A DNA stretch of 64,000 nucleotides from an uncultured delta proteobacterium (GTDB lineage: Bacteria; Desulfobacterota; WTBG01; CAIYCZ01; CAIRTM01): positions 16,248 through 80,247 of the forward strand of contig CAIRTM010000047.1 in assembly GCA_903881505.1 (NCBI GenBank), given 5' to 3'. This document shows, piece after piece, positions 61,082 through 64,000 of this stretch; positions within the stretch are counted from its first letter, which is position 1; the number at the start of each line of letters is the position of its first letter. The translations under genes and the position numbers were made by a program. The notes below the pieces were generated by a model, which saw only the letters and a list, made by a program, of their open reading frames with translations, was not told the DNA's origin and made no database searches.

Positions 61082-61288
61082 ATGAAACTCTTCAGAACAA
61101 AGGTCTGGCCGTGGTTCGATATTGCCCTGCTGAAATGGAGCTGCATCCTTGCCGGCATGATCGCAGGCGCGTACTGTGCGAATTTTACGAAACGCCATCT
61201 CCTGTTCATCGCCGCCGCAGCGCTGCTGATGGCAATCAGGCCTGCTGTATCGTATTTTCGCAACGGCCCCTCAGGCCGGGGGCATTGA
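61082..61288 (+). CDS. small hypothetical membrane protein (68 aa)
   Basis: MKLFRTKVWPWFDIALLKWSCILAGMIAGAY... with two hydrophobic helices. No clear RBS. Confidence 0.2.
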   Translation: MKLFRTKVWPWFDIALLKWSCILAGMIAGAYCANFTKRHLLFIAAAALLMAIRPAVSYFRNGPSGRGH

Positions 61289-61346
61289 CCGTGCTGATAT
61301 GCTATAGTTATAAAAAATCAGACATCCGATCAGCGGGAGAAACTGC

Positions 61347-61688
61347 ATGGACACGATGATTGCATACTGCGGACTGGACTGTTCGCAATGCCCGGCGTTC
61401 ATCGCCCGGCAGGACGGCAACGATGATCTGCGCAGGACAACGGCACTGGAGTGGTCGGAGCAGTTTCATATCGACATCACCCCCGCAGCCATCGACTGTT
61501 CAGGCTGCCGCGCGCCGGGAGTGCACAATCCTTTCTGCGGAACATGCGCAATCAGGGCATGCGGCATGGAACGGGGCGTTGCCAACTGCGCCCACTGCCC
61601 GGACTACGGCTGCGAAAAACTGCTGAAAATATTTGCGGCCGACGGGCACTGCAAAAACCGCCTTGATGAAATCCGCAGGTGGATGTAA
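61347..61688 (+). CDS. DUF3795-like cysteine-rich protein
   Basis: 113 aa. CGLDCSQCPAF...CSGCRA...CGTCAIRAC...CAHCPDYGC pattern matches DUF3795. Confidence 0.5.
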   Translation: MDTMIAYCGLDCSQCPAFIARQDGNDDLRRTTALEWSEQFHIDITPAAIDCSGCRAPGVHNPFCGTCAIRACGMERGVANCAHCPDYGCEKLLKIFAADGHCKNRLDEIRRWM

Positions 61689-61757
61689 TTTTATCTGCCG
61701 GGGGCATGCAGCGGTCCGCGCATAGCGCGGTGTGCATACATCAAAGGACTGAATGCC

Positions 61758-63680
61758 TCAGGCAATATCGAAACCGCGCCGGCGCAGGTCGCCGGCCACG
61801 TCATCAAGGCCCAGCATTTCAAGCGTTGCCCGTGCCGGTATGCCCGTTTCAGCATTCCAGCCGCGCGCGCGGTAATACTGCGCGAGCATGCCCTGCCATT
61901 GATCCGGATCAATCGTCCTGCCGTCATAGGGGCCGCCTTTGACGGCGTCTTTCACCCATTTGCCCTGCAGCACGTCATCAGCCGGGGTGATTCCTTCGCG
62001 CACGATATAGGCCCGTTCCAGCGTGAACACCCGCTGGGCCGTGCGGCGCATGTCCTCAATGCCGAGGCACAGTCCGGTCACCGCATGCAGCATGGCGGCC
62101 ATATCGTCCATGGTGATGCCGAAACTGTTGTGGGCGGTGATGAATTTGCAGACCTCGAGGCAGTCGGCGATTGTGTACATGTCCTGGTTGTACACGGCGG
62201 CGGCGGCCTTGTTGTAGGAGCCCGGATCGAGCACGTCGGTCGTGCCGTATTTTTCAAGCGCTTCCTCGGGCGGCAGCGCCGGCCGGCCGCCGGGGCCCGG
62301 CAGCTCGATCAGGATTCCTCCCCGCAAATGGTCGCCGCCGCGGGTAGCGGTCGCATAGCACAGGGCGCTGCCCCGGATGACGCGCGGATCGACCCCGCCG
62401 AACACCATGCCCTTGCAGGAGCTGACCAGTTCGCGCGCGCCGGGGCCGAGATGCGCGGCCGCCTTGACCGCGCCGTCGGCCAGCACCGCGCCGAATCCGC
62501 GGCGGAAGGCGATGCGTTCCATCATGGCTGCCATTGACTCGTGGTTGCCCCAGGTAAGGGGGATGCCTTCGGTATGCGTGTCATTGATAATCCCGTGCTC
62601 GTACCAGTCCATGGCGGTTGCCATCAAAAGGCCGAAGTCGAGGATATCGAGCCCGTAGGCGTTGGCCATGTTGTTGAGCTTGAAAAGCGAGCCCGGATCG
62701 GCGTTGCCGCAGCTGGGCCCGCAGGAGGAATTGCAGCCTTCCGGCATTTTCGTCCCGCGCGTGCCGGCATAGGCGCCTTCAGTCACCTCAAAACTCTGGA
62801 TGCAGTGCACGGGGCAGGCATGGCAGGCGTGCGAGCGCGTAAAAAATTTTCGCAGATGCCCGGCGCTCACCAGTTCCACGCCCTTGAATCCGCCGGCCTG
62901 TGAAAAATTTTTGACCGCCAGCAGGCCTGAGGCGTCCTCCTTGTCAAGCGGCCCGGCGGAACCGTACGTGCCGAAATACTTGGTAAAGGGGTTTTCACGG
63001 GTTTTTTGCAGCCATGTCTTGCGCTCACGAGCGAAAGCTTCCGGGTGCGCCACGGCGATTGTGCCGCTGCCAGAAACGCACACGGCCTTGAGGTTTTTGG
63101 AACCCATGACCGCGCCCATGCCGGTGCGGCCGGCAACATTGTAGCGATGCGCCACGCAGGCCGTGTAGACCATGTTTTCGCCGGCCGGGCCGATCAATGC
63201 AATCTGGGCGTGCGGATCGGCAAGATCGGCCTTGAGCCGGGCCTCGGCCTCGGGGATGGTCAGGCCCCACAGGTGCGCGGCGTCGCGGATTTCGACTGAC
63301 CCGGCGGTTATGTGCAGGTACACGGGCGCGGACGCGCGGCCAGTGATGATGAGATGGTCACATCCGGCCTTTTTCATCGCCGGCGCGAAAAAACCCCCGA
63401 AATTCGCATCCCCGAGAATGCCGGTCAGCGGCGACTTGGCCGTCACGGTACAGCGCGGGCATGACGGCGCCAGCGTGCCCGCCAGCGGACCGCTGCCGAA
63501 GATGACGACGTTGTCCGGCTCAAGCGCCCCGGTCTGCGGGCCGGTACAATCGTAGAGCAGTTTCGAGTTGACGCCGCGTCCTCCCAGGAATAGCCGGCGC
63601 AGCGTTTCATCCGTTTCTTCGCGGCGGATCCGTCCGCTTGACAGATCAACCCGCAGCAGTGTTCCCGTCCATCCGTACAT
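61758..63680 (-). CDS. aor: aldehyde:ferredoxin oxidoreductase (tungsten-containing AOR family)
   Basis: 640 aa. YGWTGTLLRVDLS N-terminus, AOR_N and AOR_C architecture, Cys ligands for the [4Fe-4S] cluster. Confidence 0.85.
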   Translation of the reverse strand: MYGWTGTLLRVDLSSGRIRREETDETLRRLFLGGRGVNSKLLYDCTGPQTGALEPDNVVIFGSGPLAGTLAPSCPRCTVTAKSPLTGILGDANFGGFFAPAMKKAGCDHLIITGRASAPVYLHITAGSVEIRDAAHLWGLTIPEAEARLKADLADPHAQIALIGPAGENMVYTACVAHRYNVAGRTGMGAVMGSKNLKAVCVSGSGTIAVAHPEAFARERKTWLQKTRENPFTKYFGTYGSAGPLDKEDASGLLAVKNFSQAGGFKGVELVSAGHLRKFFTRSHACHACPVHCIQSFEVTEGAYAGTRGTKMPEGCNSSCGPSCGNADPGSLFKLNNMANAYGLDILDFGLLMATAMDWYEHGIINDTHTEGIPLTWGNHESMAAMMERIAFRRGFGAVLADGAVKAAAHLGPGARELVSSCKGMVFGGVDPRVIRGSALCYATATRGGDHLRGGILIELPGPGGRPALPPEEALEKYGTTDVLDPGSYNKAAAAVYNQDMYTIADCLEVCKFITAHNSFGITMDDMAAMLHAVTGLCLGIEDMRRTAQRVFTLERAYIVREGITPADDVLQGKWVKDAVKGGPYDGRTIDPDQWQGMLAQYYRARGWNAETGIPARATLEMLGLDDVAGDLRRRGFDIA

Positions 63681-63715
63681 TAAAGGCTTCCTTTTTCGTT
63701 TGCGCGCTCCGCGGT

Positions 63716-64000
63716 TCAGGTCCCGGCAACGGCGGCCATGGTTTTGCCGCCCATGTGCGCGATGCGGATCTGCATGATGCGCAGCCCGTCGGGCTTTGCA
63801 AGCGCCTGCTCATAAAAGCGCATTCTTCTTTCGAGATATCCGCCCGCCGGATTAAAGCCCATCTTGAGCATGTTGGCCTGCACGACAGGCCTGATCAGCT
63901 CAAGGTCTGTTACCTCGGCGATCTCGCCTTCAACGACAACCGATGACCACCGGTTTCCCCCGGCGTTCCAGGCGAAGGCCGAAAAACAGACGCGGGGATT
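63716..64000 (-). CDS. partial CDS (C-terminal 94 aa; N-terminus beyond window), unknown function
   Basis: Open minus-strand frame running off the right edge (...VVVEGEIAEVTDLELIRPVVQANMLKMGFNPAGGYLERRM...). Located upstream of aor. Confidence 0.25.
   Translation of the reverse strand, partial: NPRVCFSAFAWNAGGNRWSSVVVEGEIAEVTDLELIRPVVQANMLKMGFNPAGGYLERRMRFYEQALAKPDGLRIMQIRIAHMGGKTMAAVAGT

Overview
High-GC (~62%) bacterial chromosomal segment whose gene content is consistent with a sulfate-reducer-like deltaproteobacterium: a tungsten-type aldehyde:ferredoxin oxidoreductase, NtrC-family sigma-54 activators, a CooC-like ATPase and an iron-sulfur flavoprotein. Most of the window is ordinary housekeeping. 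This includes guaB-guaA, rpe, a type-2 tal, a fused trpE(G), lon, ridA, nadK, recN, lpxC, tRNA-Cys and tRNA-Gly, a complete pstSCAB-phoU-phoBR phosphate regulon, an ntrY/ntrX-like two-component pair, GAF/PAS sensor kinases and two GGDEF diguanylate cyclases. Six loci stand out, and all calls rest on sequence motifs read by eye: (1) a convergent locus of five large polytopic GT-C-like membrane proteins at 1.6-9.5 kb. (2) An ntrX-like sigma-54 response-regulator gene carrying an in-frame amber stop and running without a stop codon into lpxC. (3) A ~2.5 kb low-GC (~40%) island at 21.3-23.8 kb with three genes and no integrase. (4) A minus-strand operon at 24.1-28.9 kb encoding a 2x[4Fe-4S] ferredoxin fused to a ferredoxin-dependent-bilin-reductase (FDBR)-like domain, an amine-oxidase/protoporphyrinogen-oxidase-like flavoenzyme and a GT-C membrane protein. 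(5) A second FDBR-like paralog at 34.8-35.5 kb, next to a CooC-like P-loop ATPase and heading a GldA/F/G-type ABC operon. (6) A composite intergenic repeat present in two copies (20.2 kb and 58.5 kb). No CRISPR array, integrase or transposase was seen. Many long antisense ORFs in the six-frame track are GC-driven artefacts and are not reported as genes.
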